Positions 11,862 through 26,659 of a stretch of 64,000 bases of DNA are shown piece after piece. The stretch is from the NCBI RefSeq assembly GCF_001194135.2, contig NC_068987.1:64817162-64881161 (forward strand), written 5' to 3'. The DNA is from Octopus bimaculoides (Eukaryota). Under the pieces are notes generated by a model, which ran no database searches, was not told where the DNA came from, and saw only the letters and a program-made list of their open reading frames with translations. A program made the position numbers and the translations under genes. Position 1 is the first letter of the stretch. Each line of letters opens with the position of its first letter.

Positions 11862-11890
11862 CGCGCGCGCGCGCACACACACACACACAC
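11862..11890. repeat. (CG)6(CA)n alternating purine-pyrimidine tract
   Basis: cgcgcgcgcgcgcacacacacacacacac read directly. Confidence 0.9.
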
Positions 11891-12494
11891 TTATGTAGCA
11901 TATATATTGTTATTTTCGCAACACATTTGGAAGACAAATGTGTTGCAAAAATATACACATCCATATTATACTCAATACAATTTACACATTTGTACTTGAA
12001 TATCGTTACTTCTCTTTGTATTTATCATGCTACATTAGATCTAATGGGCTCTTTTAGATTTAAAAACCCATTAAATTTCACTGAATCCCGCTGAAATTAA
12101 TGAGATCCTTTTAAGTTTTTGGGCCTCTACAAATTATGTGGATCCCCAAGATTGAATGGGGTCCTCTTTATTATGTTATTATGTTTTGAAGTAAGAAGTT
12201 CGTATGGGCCCCACCACCTGTAAATTCGGCCCTGGTTGTAAATAAAAAGAAATTACACACATGCATGCGTTTCCATCCCACGCCACAGTTCCATTCAGAC
12301 ATATTCGGTGAAAGTTCGTTTACTTTCCCACATTTGAAAGACTTTTCAATATGAAACCGTTCGGTAACATGAATTGACTTTTATCAAACTAGATTTACAA
12401 TGTATATATATGTAGCAGAAGTGATTTACACTATCATTGTGTGAGATGTTTTCATTTTGACTCGTCTAGGCTTAAATACCTCAATATCGGCTCC

Positions 12495-13671
12495 ACAAGG
12501 TACGAAAAATATTCCTCCAGTAGTTCTGACCTCGTCTATAGAATTCATATTTTTTCCGTCCAAATGACTTTGAAGACTGGGGAATAAATGGTAATCAGAT
12601 GGGGCAATGTTCGGCGAATATGGTGGGTGGGGCATCGTTTCCCATTCAAACTATTCCAGCCTTTGGAACGTCATCCTCGCAGTATGTGACCGAGCATTAT
12701 CCTGATGAAAGAACACTTTTCGTCTTGAAACCAAAGATGGTCGTTTTTCTTCTCGTGCTAACTTAAGCTGCTCAAGCTGCTCGCAGTAGATCTCCTTTGT
12801 AATCGTTTGGTTTGGGTTTAAAAGTTCAAAGTGGACTAAACCTTTCATATCCTNNNNNNNNNNNNNNNNNNNNNNNNNNNNNNNNNNNNNNNNNNNNNNN
12901 NNNNNNNNNNNNNNNNNNNNNNNNNNNNNNNNNNNNNNNNNNNNNNNNNNNNNNNNNNNNNNNNNNNNNNNNNNNNNNNNNNNNNNNNNNNNNNNNNNNN
13001 NNNNNNNNNNNNNNNNNNNNNNNNNNNNNNNNNNNNNNNNNNNNNNNNNNNNNNNNNNNNNNNNNNNNNNNNNNNNNNNNNNNNNNNNNNNNNNNNNNNN
13101 NNNNNNNNNNNNNNNNNNNNNNNNNNNNNNNNNNNNNNNNNNNNNNNNNNNNNNNNNNNNNNNNNNNNNNNNNNNNNNNNNNNNNNNNNNNNNNNNNNNN
13201 NNNNNNNNNNNNNNNNNNGCCAGTTCCTCAACAGTTACGATGGGATTTTACTCCAGCAGAGTTTGCAGGGCATCCTCGCTGAGCTCTACTGATCTTCTAG
13301 GACCAGGCTCGTCTTCTCGGCTATAGTTTCCAACTCGGATTTTCTGGAACCACCGTTGACACTGGCTTACGCCTATTGTCCGATCACCATATACTGCATT
13401 AATATTCCTCGCATTTTGCGTTGCGTTGTTGCCTTTATTGAACTCATAAAGCAAAATATGCTGAATATGTTCCTTTGTCACTTCCATTATAGCTTTGAAA
13501 AAATAATTGTTAAAATCGAACTGCACTCTTCAAAATTTGCACTAAGAATAAGCACAAGGTAAAATTACTACCTGCTTTTACAGCAAGTTGATGCACGTAG
13601 TTTATTCCGTCCCCCTCCGACTTTTTGTTCAGGTAATTGAAACAATCCGCATTAGTTATAGGATGACCCAA
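12495..13671 (-). mobile_element. Mariner (DD34D) transposon, inactivated, 3' end truncated, N gap 12854..13218
   Basis: TIR-like ttgggtcatcctataactaatgcggatt at 13671..13644. N-terminal HTH MEVTKEHIQHILLYEFNKG...CQRWF. Catalytic region HQDNAR...YSPNIAPSDY has 34 residues between the two D and an in-frame TAG at 12653..12651. Confidence 0.93.
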
Positions 13672-15264
13672 CACACACACACACACACACACGCTGATGT
13701 CACTTGCATTCATATTTTCTACAAGAGTAAAGCAAACTTGTCCCAAGTAGGATGTGAACTCAGAGCATTCAAATACCAACTTAATGTATGTGCTATGGAG
13801 TTGCAGTATGCAGGAGGTACACATGCCTGTGAATTCCTTACGGATCGAAAACACGACGGATTATTTCGATCGGATGGGTACTTAACATTTTCACTCTAGC
13901 TGCAACTCAAATATTACGATGCTATATTTTTGTTTACTACTCTACCGGTTTCAATGAAGTGTATTATTTATAGAACATTGACTTTTATGTTCATATTGAT
14001 ATTTCAAGTCATAGATAGTGAATGTCATCGCAGTTGTTGAGGTGCTCAGTTATTGACACAGTTCTCACTGTGTTTTCGTCTCCTTTTATCGATTGTATTA
14101 TTTTCACAAAGGAGGATGGTTATAATGTCATGGCAACAAGAATCGCTTTGGTATTTAACATGAAAGACAAAAAAAAAAAGTTTCATTATTTTAAAGCACT
14201 TCCTTGTTTCAACAATTAAATGGCGAATTGTTAAAACCTCCTCAAGTAGAGCAAAGAAAAGTACTATTTTTGCTTATGTGAATTAAAGTTAGGGTGCAAA
14301 GGTTTCCGGGATGGTTCTTAAAATGAAAGAATGATTAAACAAACAGACGAACGAATCATAGAATATGTTGCAGTATGCAGTATGTTGCTTTAGAGTTGTC
14401 TCCCTTTATATTAAGCTAATTCTTTCTATTAATTAGAATATATTTATACATTTATTCATATATTCATATTTAAAATGTGTAAGCAAAAAATATATGTTAA
14501 TGGAATATATTGATGTATTTCACCTTTATTAATTAATTTATTTATTGACGATCAATATTTTGTTCAAAATCAGAAATTGACTTAAATAAGATGCAATAAT
14601 AATATATTATTGTATTAAACAAAAACAAAATAACATCTATGACATAAGCGACCTCGGCTTAGCTTTAACCATGTTTAATGTCGGAACGCGTCTCCATACA
14701 AATAAACAACACCGAGACTAACCTAACTGTTTGTATGTTTGTGCAATAACAAATCATGTAAGTAACTATCTTTAATTACTTAGTGTACACACAGTATTTA
14801 TACTTGAACAAAATGAAAGTCACAGGCAGTATATACGTATGTATGTCCGGTTTCTTTTTCGAAGTAAATTGGTCAATCCCCGCTTAATGACAAACTCCGA
14901 CACAAGTGGACATGAAAATAGAAAATAAACACAGAAAAAACCCATAACAAACGAAAGACAAAGAAACTTCGCATCGGACAGAATCACTTCGAGTTATTAT
15001 TGCTTTTTGAATTTTTCTTCTACGATGTATGTTATAATTTTTTTTTAATATCTTCATTTGTTTGGTTTCGTCAGGTGAAATGTCTTGTGTACTTTTAGTT
15101 GGCTTGTAATGTTTTGTTGGGTGTTGTCTTTGTAGCCGATAAATAACTCACTGTTGTGATTATTTTTATTATTTAATTGATCCGGATAGCAACACAAACA
15201 CCAAATTCAATGTTAAAGAAAACGTAGTAATTGGACGTATATTATACAAACATATGTACGCATA

Positions 15265-15636
<372 letters not shown>

Positions 15637-16719
15637 TCTAATCTCTGATTCGCTTTCTGAAAAATAAAAGTTTTGGCGCAAGTCGCTCATTGTAATCATG
15701 GATAACGTTATCAAAATTAGGGGTTTCCGAATTCTTTAATTGCTTAATGTTATCAACCGGGTTTTACTCTCGAAAAGGCCTTAAACATGATTAAAAGAAA
15801 CTGTTTCCGTTGTACATACAATATAAACACACATTGTCATTTAAGGCATATCAGCCGCAACTATCCTGTCTTTTTTTTTTTTTGTCAAGACAGTCGGATG
15901 TGTGGGATTTCATAATTTTACTGTTATTCCAAGTAGTTCAACCTACTGCGTATGGGCTGTTTTTATTGTTGCTAAGCCGTAGGCTAATTCTGATCGAGAA
16001 AACCTATAATAAAAAGCGTCCCAATCATGACCATCCTGTCCTTTTGTATATCAGGTACTACATTGTTGTTGAAAGTGTCCTTTGTCTAAGATTGTAGCGT
16101 ATGTGATATGAAGAGATTTTGGCTGCTATTTCTTGCAATTCGAGCGACTGCGCAAACGCTCCATTGCTGACTCGGATTTATTTTAGTTATTGTTTATATT
16201 CGCAGATCATTTCTGATTGAGCGGTCTTACGATCAAAGGTATTCTAAGCATCATCACATCTATTTCTCAGCCAGTGAGCAGTTCACACCATCTAATGTAT
16301 CCTTCACGCACACCCGCATCATCATTATCATCATCGTCAGCGTTGTTTTAACGTCCACTTTTCCATGTTTGAATAGGTCAGACAAATTTCGTTGAGGTAG
16401 ACTCACTATGACTGGATGCCCTTCCTGTTGCCAACTCTCACTCGTTTCCAAGCAAGATAGTGTTTCGCCATGACCAAACATGTTTACATGGAAGGTTGGA
16501 AATGATCAATACTACTTGCACGATAGTGACATGACACTCATTTACAATTATTGCATGAAATCAAGACACACACACACACACACACACATAAGCTTCTTTC
16601 AGTCTCCATCTACCAAATCCACATATAAAGCTTTGGTTAACCTAGGCTATAGTGGTAGTCACTTCTCTAAGGTGTACCTGAAACCACATGGTTGGGAAAC
16701 AAACTTCTTAACCACATAG

Positions 16720-16770
<51 letters not shown>

Positions 16771-17825
16771 TGTGTGTGTGTAGCTGTGTGGTTTAAGTAC
16801 ATGGCCTAGTGGGTAGGGTATTTCACTCACGATTACGAAATCATGATTTTGATTCTTAGACCAGGTGGTGCATTGTGTTCTTGAGCAAATCACTACACCT
16901 GTAGAGACAATGTCAATTTGATGGAGAGAGTGAAATAATCTGCAATCCGAATTTTGATCATTATATTTTTAAAAAATCATCTGTGTAGTGTTATTTGACA
17001 AGAAATTGCAGAACTTTCATCTGTCATCTAATGACATGAGAGTTTATGATATATATGTCTTTTCTGGAATGTTGGATCTCGAAGCAGCTGATGCTATAAA
17101 TAATAGCATGTAGATATTGGGTTAAAAAGCCCTTAAGAGAGACAGTCAAAGGCTGCCCATCAACAATATATATATGTTCATATTACTTGCTGGGTCTAGC
17201 GGTAGGGACTGTGCCCTTGACCTTTACAGCCCCTCTAAGAATAATGATGTTGCTGCTGTTAATGGTCTACTTGAGCTGTTTCAAGTTGGCAATTGGAAGA
17301 AAGTTCTGAGAGTCTGGACACAGTATGGGTGATGAAAAGAGAAGAATTGGGTGTGTATGAGAGGAGGTGGCATAAGACCAGTGAGTAGCACTAAAAAAAG
17401 GCAGAGAGAGGGGACAGCATACTGGTGGGAAAGAAACTAGAGCTTGTCTGTAAGTGATTTTATACCAATCAGTCAAGTGGCTTTTCTCTAGGTGTGGTCT
17501 AGAATATTTTTGTTTGCAGTACAAAGTACAAGAAGAGTGAGGAGAGCATAGACCTTCTCATCTAAGAGGATCATTATGGGTGTAGGGTGAGCCAGAAGCA
17601 CATGATAAACAAGGTTGTTGAGCAAATATAGTGGCTCTTTGCGCTTATACACACACACACATGTATGTATATATGTTGAAATCATCAGTGTATTTTGCTA
17701 TTCTTTCATCAGTTATTAATAAGAAATTGGTTGATGACTCACACAATTGCTACATATACACTATTTTTGTGTGTATATACATACATACACATAAATATGC
17801 ATGTGTGTATATCCATACATACAGA

Positions 17826-17877
<52 letters not shown>

Positions 17878-19149
17878 GCACAAGTGTGGTTATAAGCCCA
17901 GATGTAGCTGTGTGGTTGAGAAGCTAGCTTTCCAGCCAAGTGGTCCTGGGTTCAGTCCCACTGTGTGGTACCTGGGATAAGTGACTTCTACTGTAGCCTA
18001 GGCTGACCAACATCTTGTGAGTGGATTTGGCAGACAGAAACTTACAGAAGTCTCTGGTACATTGTGTGTGTGTGTGTACTTATGACCTGTTCATATCGAC
18101 ACTCACTCACTTAAAATGTTAGCAACATCAGTTTGGTGAAATGTGTTGCTATTTAAAGATAGATTTTAAAGAGTAAAAATGACATCAGTTTGCTTGTGCA
18201 CTTGTGTTATAAAACTGGAAAGGGGGCAAGTATCAAATAAATTAATATAATGTATACATATAGATACAAAAGCATATTAAAATGTCAAATAAATACAGAA
18301 TTCTAAGGAAAGTGTAGTACAACAATTCACCAAGGGCTAAGGAATGTCAAAAAGGTGAATCACCTACTCTTCTACTGCTGCCTTCTGAGAGAAGCCAGAA
18401 TGTTGAACAAATTAATAACCTCAGCTTCTCTTTGATACCTACCTTTTTTGTTGTAAAATTTATCCATGGCAGGACACTCTCTCTCTCCATCTTTGCTTTC
18501 AACAAGTGATAGTCAAAGAATAGGATAAGGAGTGAAAAGGACCCATTCATGTCTCTCCTTGTCTGAATTTTCTTTCAAATTTCCTTCTTGTCTTTATAGC
18601 TGTTTATTAAACTTCATCAGAACTGACTGCACAGTATTTACCATATCATTGGTCCAGGTTAACAGCACCACATGGCCCTTGGGTGCTTTTAGCTGAATCC
18701 AGTTCATTGGAAGCATTTGATCTAAGTCTATGATTGTCCTTCCCCCCTTTCCACCATTCTGGTAGTATCCCAAGATAGTCATGGGTGTTGCACTTTCTTT
18801 TTTGACTAAGCATTTGAAAAGGGTAAAATACCCAGAATCTCTTAGGTCATAGTAGTACTTGTCCTCTACTAATCCTCTCTATAATATTACTCTTATTCTG
18901 TTTCCAACTGCAAGTAACTGAGAACATTGTCAGGCATCAGCCTACTAGGCTTCACTCTGGCTCATACCTTAGTCTAAGCCAGTCATGGTCAAACTGCAAC
19001 CTGCAGGACTTTCTGAATGTCATGCCTAATGTAAAATTACCTTGAATGCTTTTAGTAGTACAACCTGCCTGGTGACGGGCCATGTCTTTTGAGACTTATT
19101 TCTTGAGATCTGCAGCCATACAAGAACACCACCTTGAAGAACTTTTAAT

Positions 19150-19490
19150 TGAACGAATCAACTCCAGTACTTACTTTTTTTTTAGCCTGATACTCATTCT
19201 ATTAGTTCCTTTTTGCCAAACCGCTAAGTTATGGGGATGTAAACAAGCCAACACTGATTGTCAAGTGGTGGTAGGCGACAAACACAGACCCAAAGGCATA
19301 CACACACACACACACACACACACATATACGATGAGATTCTTTCAGTTTCCATCTACCAAATCCACTCACAAGGCTTTGGTTGGCTCTAGGCTATAGCAGA
19401 AGACACTTGCCCAAGGTGCTACATAGTGGGACTGAACCCAGAACCATGTTGTTGGAAAGCAAACTTCTTACCACATAGCCACGCCTACAT
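19150..19490 (-). mobile_element. SINE family C (tRNA head, CORE-like ccttgggcaagtgtcttc, internal CA/TA microsatellite). Other copies: ~7670..7970, 17885..18060(+), 23400..23780, 23850..24290, 28550..28705(+), 38640..39075, 39520..40140, 40690..40830, 42245..42570, 63465..63760(+)
   Basis: Recurrent blocks ccaaatccactcacaaggctttgg, agaagacacttgcccaagg and gactgaacccggaaccatgtggttg. The CORE-like segment resembles octopus OR-type CORE-SINEs as recalled. Confidence 0.85.
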
Positions 19491-20269
19491 TTTGTGTACA
19501 AATTCTACTAATTTTGTTTTACTTTCCATCTTTCAGAGGGTTTGTTGTTTAGCTCCAAGTCAGCCTGAATAGAGGAGAATTGCATTGAACAGTGTGTTCT
19601 TTGTATAAAATGGTAGAGTAAAATTTGGGGGAAATTTAGCTGCTATATTTTGCAGGTTAAATAACCACATAGAGGCTCTTTTGTTAGTTTGTAAAGTTGT
19701 TGCTTAGACCCAGATCAACCTTGAGTAAACAGACCCATGATAAAAGGCATTCCATCCATAGTCCCCAATTTTTTGGAGTATCTAGGACTTCACTATTCAT
19801 GTGTATCTAGGACAACACTATTCATTGTGTCCCTTGTTTTTCACAGGTGGTAGGGTGTCATTTGAGAGATTTGGCTCCACAGATCACAGGTTGTCCATGA
19901 CTGGTGGAGATGCTCCCTCATTGGCTTGTAGCTTGAAGAGTCATGGAAATGTATATCAGTAATATACAGTAGCTAGTTTGATGGATTATGCCTCTCCTTT
20001 ACAAAAATAGTTAGACTTTGTTGTCTCATAAAAAAAAAATTCTTATTGGTTACCTTTTAAAGTTGACACAGTAGAAAGTAAAACTAAATATATATTATCT
20101 ACATTTCCAGCAAAGTATAAAGTTCAGTATCTTGTTTGATTATCATGTAATACTGATCCTGCATTCAAAACTTGCTGTAATTCACTTAATATTTCATTCT
20201 TGCTTCCCTATACTATGTCAGTTGACCATTCTACTTTTATTTGATAGCGTAATGATAATAATAATAATA

Positions 20270-20910
20270 ATGATTTCAGATTTTGGTACAAGGCCAGTAA
20301 GTTCAGGGGAGGGGGTAAGTTGTTTACATCGACCCTAGTAATCGACTGCTACTTATTTAATTGACCTTGAAAGGATGAAAGGCAAAGTTGACCTTGGTGG
20401 AATTTGAACTCAGAACGTAAAGATGAATGATATGCTGTTAGTAATAATAATAATTATTTCTGAAATTTGTGGGGAGGGGACTAGTTGATTATATCAGCCA
20501 CATTACACAACTAATACTTATTTCATTGACCGTGGAAGGATGAAAGGTAAACTCAACCTCAGTGGGATTTGAACTGGGAATGTTATGATGAATGAAACAC
20601 TGCTAAACATTTTGTCCAGCATGCTAACAATTCTGCCAGTTTGCAACCTTTAATAATAATGCTTTCTATTATAGGCCCAAGGCCTGACTTCCTTTCTACT
20701 ATAGGCACAAGGCCTGAAATTTTGGGGAGGGGGCTAGTTGATTACATTGACATCAGTGCTCAGCTTATACTTATTTTATCATGCCCAAAATGATGAAAGG
20801 CAAAGTCAACGTCAGCAGAATTTGAATTCAGAACTTAAAGATGGACGAAATGTCGTGAAGTATTTTATCCAGCAGGCTAATGATTCTACCTTTTGCTGCC
20901 TTATTAATAA
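20270..20910 (-). mobile_element. Cluster of 3-4 SINE family A copies separated by (TAA)n
   Basis: Repeated aaggatgaaaggcaaagttgacc...gaatttgaactcagaac units at ~20370, ~20540 and ~20790, with taataataa spacers. Confidence 0.85.
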
Positions 20911-21332
20911 TAATAATTGAAATAAAAAAAGGCTGTAGCAAAATGTGGGTCAGCTGACTGGTGTTGCGGACACAACTTGCTGGAAACTCATTTTGTCTGT
21001 ATTGTCATTTTTCAACATAACTGTGTAATTATTTCAAAAAAGAATAATACTTTGGCACCTTTTCAAGCTATACTTGAAATCATTTGGCAATGAGGAAGGC
21101 CTCTATGTGATCTCTTTAGCTGCCAGCAAAAAAGAAATCAGTGAAAATCTTGAATTTTCACCCTATCATTAGAAAAAGAAGAAAAAGGACATATTGAATA
21201 GTGTAGATACACAGGATAACCTCAGAATATCTTTGACCATTGGTCAACTCTATAACAGCTGACCAGTGGTTAAATGACAACATGTAAAGCCTTCTGGGGT
21301 TTTTTTGTTTGTCTAGTCTTAACCAATTTCCT

Positions 21333-21541
21333 TTAACCCTGTCAAATTTAATATTTATTTATAAACATTTTTTTGAATTAATCAGGCATTTATTTGTAGT
21401 TTTGAGATTTTGATGGTATGGCTGTTTATGTTTAGAATGACATTGTAGGGTTTGTGTTAGAGGCAAGGTTTTGACATTTTGAACATTGATCAGGAAGAAT
21501 ATTTGGGCTGGATATGTCCAGTTGAAATGCTAAAGGGTCAA
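21333..21541. mobile_element. piggyBac-type MITE family, decayed copy (opposite orientation to the 25058 copy)
   Basis: ttaaccct...aaatgctaaagggtcaa, with internal tttagaatgacattgtaggg shared with the other copies. Confidence 0.6.
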
Positions 21542-23804
21542 TCCCTTCCTTTTCACAGACGTCTAAGAAGTTACTGAGTCTCTATTGACTTATATCTCTG
21601 ATATGCTGATTAGAAGGTCATAATTTCAATCCGTACTACATCCATTGTGTCTGTAAACTTGATCCAAGTCTATGTTTACATTCATTCAGTAACTTGTATT
21701 AGGAAATAATATATGATCAAGTACTATAAGCTTTACATCAACTGTTTTGCATGCAGATGTCCATATATGCCACAAATATTACATCCATGAAAAAATGAAA
21801 ATATCATTATCATCTAGTGTCCGGGTCTTAGACATTATTTGAGGCAGATTTTCTACAGCTGGATGCCCTTCCTGTTGCTAACCCTCACCTGTTTCTAAGT
21901 AAAGTAATATTTCCCCATGCCAAGACATGTTCTCGCAGAATACCGGAAATAAATGACACTGCTTCTATAATAGTGGTGCTCATTTATAACTATCATATGA
22001 TGTCAAAACAAGGAGACACACACACACACACACCAACCAACCAACCAGGCTGCTTTTTTCTACTTCTCATTCTTTCTTTATCTAATTTGCTATTTCTATT
22101 GTCTAGGTCCAGTCTGCTATTTCACCATTTTTATTCTTATGTTTTATTTATTTCTTCCCTATATAAGCAACATACAATGTAAGTGTGCACCTTTTGAAGC
22201 AAGTGTGATGAAATGGCACTCTAATGGGTAAAACAGCAAATATTATGTCACTTTTCACATGGAGTTTTTATGTACAATGGTCTTAAAAACAAAGTGGTAT
22301 TGACAATTGTAACTGGCTATTAAAGATGTGCTAAACTTTTTCTTTGTCTTATTTGAATTATGTGTGTATACATATATAAAGGGTAAAACTCTCACTTTAG
22401 TCATGAATGACCATGTGATTGCACGTAGAAAGTTACTCTCTGAGGCACAAGTCCAGTCAAGGTTGTTTATGGAAGACCAACAGTCACTCATGCATACCAG
22501 CCTCCCCTCTTCATGCCACCAATGGAAAGGCAAAAGCTGACACAGCTTGGCACTAATGATATCAACTCATTTGTGCAGCTAATTGAACTCGAGCAATGTG
22601 AAATGAAGTGTCTTGCTCAAGAACACAACACACAACCCGGTCCGGGAATCAAACTCACTACCTCATGGTTGTGAGCCTGATGCTCTAACCATTGAGCCAT
22701 GTGCCTTCACCATGTATATATACATACATATACATACATACATACGCATAATCTCTCTCCTGTCTTTCCCCTACCAACTGTATCCTTGCTATACTATTGA
22801 TCCCTTATATACCTATGTTTCACCTTTCATAGCATTCCCTTTTTCCTCCTCTTCCCACCTTTGCACATTCATGTACTTCTTGCCCACTAGCCATGTTCAA
22901 TCTTATACCACTCCATTCACATTTACCACCTTGTACCTTGAGGTTATGTCCTGGCATGTCACCACCATCTTTCTTTCTCTCTCTCTCCCTTTTTTTCTGA
23001 CTCAAGTAACAATATATCTCCTCTACAGAAAGACACCTGTTTCTGTCCCTTTATCACAGTGTAACCTCTCACCAACTGGCACAAAGCCAACTCTCTCAAT
23101 ATCACTCCCCTGTTTCAGTTAAGAGTATTTTATCTTGCAAGTTACTTGGTGACCTTGCAGGTGCTGGTACCACATAAAAAGCATCCAGTACATTCTGTAA
23201 AGTGGTTGGCATTAGTAAAAACATCTAGCTGTAGAAACCATGCCAAAGCAGACAGTGGGGCTTGGTGCAGTTCTCTGGCTTGCCAGCTCTTGTCAAATTG
23301 TCCAACCCCTGCCAGCATGGCAATTAAATGATAATATCCACACACATGTATACATTTATAAATATATATGCGTGTATGTTTATAAATATATATATGTATT
23401 CTCCTTTACTCTTACTTGTTTTAGTCATTTGACTGTGGTCATACTGGAGCACTGCCTTGAAGTGTTTTTAGTTGAACAAATTGACCACAGGACTTTTTTT
23501 TTATTAAGCCTAGTACTTACTCTCTGAATCCCTTTTGCCAACTGCTAAGTTACAGGGACATAAACACACTAACACCAGTTATCAAGTGGTGACAGGGGGC
23601 AAACACAGATATAAAGATGCACATAGATATATACATATAGATATGATGGTCTTATTTCAGTTTCCGTTTATGAAATCCACAAGGCTTTGGTTGGCTTGAG
23701 GCTAGAGTAGAAAACACTTGCCCAAGGTGCTACACAGTAGGACTTAACCCGGAGTCATGTGGTTGGGAAGCAAGATTCTTACCACTCAGCCATGCTTGTG
23801 CCTA

Positions 23805-23841
<37 letters not shown>

Positions 23842-25057
23842 TTTTATTCTTTTACTTGTTTCATTCATTTGACTGCGGTCATGCTGGAGCACCGTCTTTA
23901 GTCGAATCAAATCGACCCCAGGACTTATTCTTTGTAAGCCTAGTACTTATTCTGTCAGTCTCTTTTGCCAAATCGCAAAGTTACGGGAACGTAAACACAC
24001 CAGCATCGGTTGTCAATGTTGGGGGACAAACACACACACACACACACACACATACATATAATATATATATACATATACATATATATGACGGGCTTCTTTC
24101 AGTTTCCATCTACCAAATCCACTCACAAGGCTTTGGTCGGCCCGAGGCTATAGTAGAAGACACTTGCCCAAGNNNNNNNNNNTCGGCCCGAGGCTATAGT
24201 AGAAGACACTTGCCCAAGGTGCCACACAGTGGGACTGAACCCGGAACCATGTGGTTGGTAAGCAAGCTACTTACCACACAGCCACTCCTATATTATTTAA
24301 GTATGGTAAAATCCAGCAGCAAGTTGGAAAATTTTTTGGTATTATTTATTGAATAAATAATACCATAAAATTTTCCAATTTCCTGTTTTGTTACATATAT
24401 ATAAAACATATTTAATGTATGTGTGTCATTATACTTTAGAGCTACATGAAACAAAATCTTCTCAGAAAGTAACACCAACAGCAACTTACAATATCCTACC
24501 GAATAGTAATGATATAACTATACAACCACTTTAATGTATAGTAAAGATATAACTTTCCAAACACTGAACAAAATATTGTCGACAGGGAACCCGTAGCTGT
24601 CAGTTGAAATACATTATTAATTAATACAATTACTAATACACAATACACTACATTAGCATCAATTGTCCTCTTAACACACCATACAAACAATAGACTGTAT
24701 AAATTTCTCCTCCTACTTGGCAGTTACTGTTGTTGTACTGCTGCTATTGTTTTGTAATCGGTTAGGTCAGCCACAATTGAGCAGACTTGATTTAGTAACC
24801 AGATAAATGACTTGAAGAAACTCATCATGTCATATACATGATATTGTCATTCAGTTGAAAACTATACTGTACTGTTCTGACATAAGCAGTAAAATATGTG
24901 GTGCAGTGTTACATTCCGGGTATGTTGGGCTCTCTCTGCTATTCAGCCTGTTTCCATGTGTGTATGTATGTTTGTTGTTGTTCTTTAGCTCGAAGAAAAC
25001 TATGGTTGAGTAGACCTATGCTCATAGGCATTCCAGCAATGACCACTGTTAGCTGTT

Positions 25058-25285
25058 TTAAGCCCTTTAGCATTTAAATCAGCCATGTCCATCCCAAATA
25101 TTCTATCTATTTTATGTTCAAACTGGACGGATCCTGTCTCTCTTACCTATCCTACAATGTCATTCTAAAAATAAACAGTCAAAATATTGAAATCTCAAAT
25201 CTATGATATAATGCAAAATTAATTCAAAATGATGTAAATAAATAAGCATTATATTTGACAGAGTAATCTGAATGCTAAAGGGTTA
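25058..25285. mobile_element. piggyBac-type MITE (TTAA-CCCTTTAGCATT...AATGCTAAAGGG-TTAA family)
   Basis: Terminal inverted ccctttagcatt / aatgctaaaggg with TTAA-like flanks. Confidence 0.75.
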
Positions 25286-26590
25286 CTGTTCCTTTTTGAC
25301 TCTTGGAGTTAAGCAACATCCACTCTTTTGTAAACATGTGGATCAGGTCTAGTTTAGGATGACTTCCTTCTACCAGTCTTTGAGGCCCTGAAAAATGTCA
25401 CAGGCATTGCCCTTTCACCTCTAAGTTACGAAGAGAAATTTTCAAAAAACCTCACATTATCTAATGTCTCCTCTTATTTAATTCTGTAGGGTGTGGTTGA
25501 GGGACATTTGGTTGCTATTTCTAGCAGGTTGAACGACCACAATGGCACCCTTGTTATTTCATATGGCAGCCTCACCAAAAACCAGTGTGGTTCATGAAGC
25601 ACCTAACACTGTTGTGTATAAAAAATGCATTGTATATCTTAGGTGCACACAATTACACTAAAGAATAAGAAAGAATTGTTGACATGTCAGACTCACATTC
25701 TGAGTTCAAATCTTGCTGTAGTCAACTTTGCCTTTTGTCTTTTTTGCGGTAGATAAAATAAAGAACTAGTTAAACACTGGTATGTTGGACTCTCTCTGCT
25801 ATTCACCCTGTTTCCATGTGTGTATGTATGTTTGTTGCTGTTCTTTAGCTCAAAAACAACTATGGTTGAGTAGACCTATGCTCATAGGCATTCCAGCAAT
25901 GACCACTGTTACATGTTTTAGTCCTTTAGCATTTAAATCAGCCATGACCATCCCAAATATTCTATTCCACTTTCTCCCTCCACTCAAAATTGCTGGATTT
26001 GTGCCCAAACTTGAAAACTATAATCTTTCATCTTTTGTTTTAGTCATTCGACTGCAGTCATCTTTGTTTCTTTCTCTCTTCTCTCTGTGTTTTTCTCACT
26101 CACACGTATTCTCTCTCACCCTCTGTAATAGTTTCTCTCTTTTAGTCTATATCTGTTTCTTTCACACACACACACATGCACACTCTCTCTCTCTCTCACT
26201 CACTCACACAAACTATTTACATTTTTTCCTCTATCGAAAAACGTTGTGACAGATGAGGAGATGGAGGAGGAGAAGTAAAGAACCACTTCCTCACTTTGCT
26301 TCACTGTTTCTTTCTCTCCCCTCTCACTCTCTCATTGGCATTATGAACAGACATACAAATACACAGATATCAGCTAATATATAAATATAGATGTGATGTT
26401 GTGGTGTGGTAGTGGTAGCATTAAACGCTGCTTATGATAGTTGACTTATAGAAAGATTATAATGTTAAATTTTTGTAATGCAAATATGCAAATGAAAATA
26501 AAGTTTATTTGGTAGCTGAAAGATTACAGAATTTTCTGATACTCCATATGCCAAAATTGGCTATTAAGTTTTTGAATGCATAAGGAAAAA

Positions 26591-26629
<39 letters not shown>

Positions 26630-26659
26630 AAACAAGTAAAAGAGTATACACACACATCA

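Noticed and set aside
18340-18800. Possible Tc1/maT-type transposase remnant on the minus strand
   Set aside because: Only faint similarity (FDYHLL) across several frameshifts; cannot be supported without an alignment.
24140-24225. Direct repeat flanking the 10-N gap (24173..24182)
   Set aside because: Identical sequence on both sides of a tiny gap is a contig-overlap artefact.
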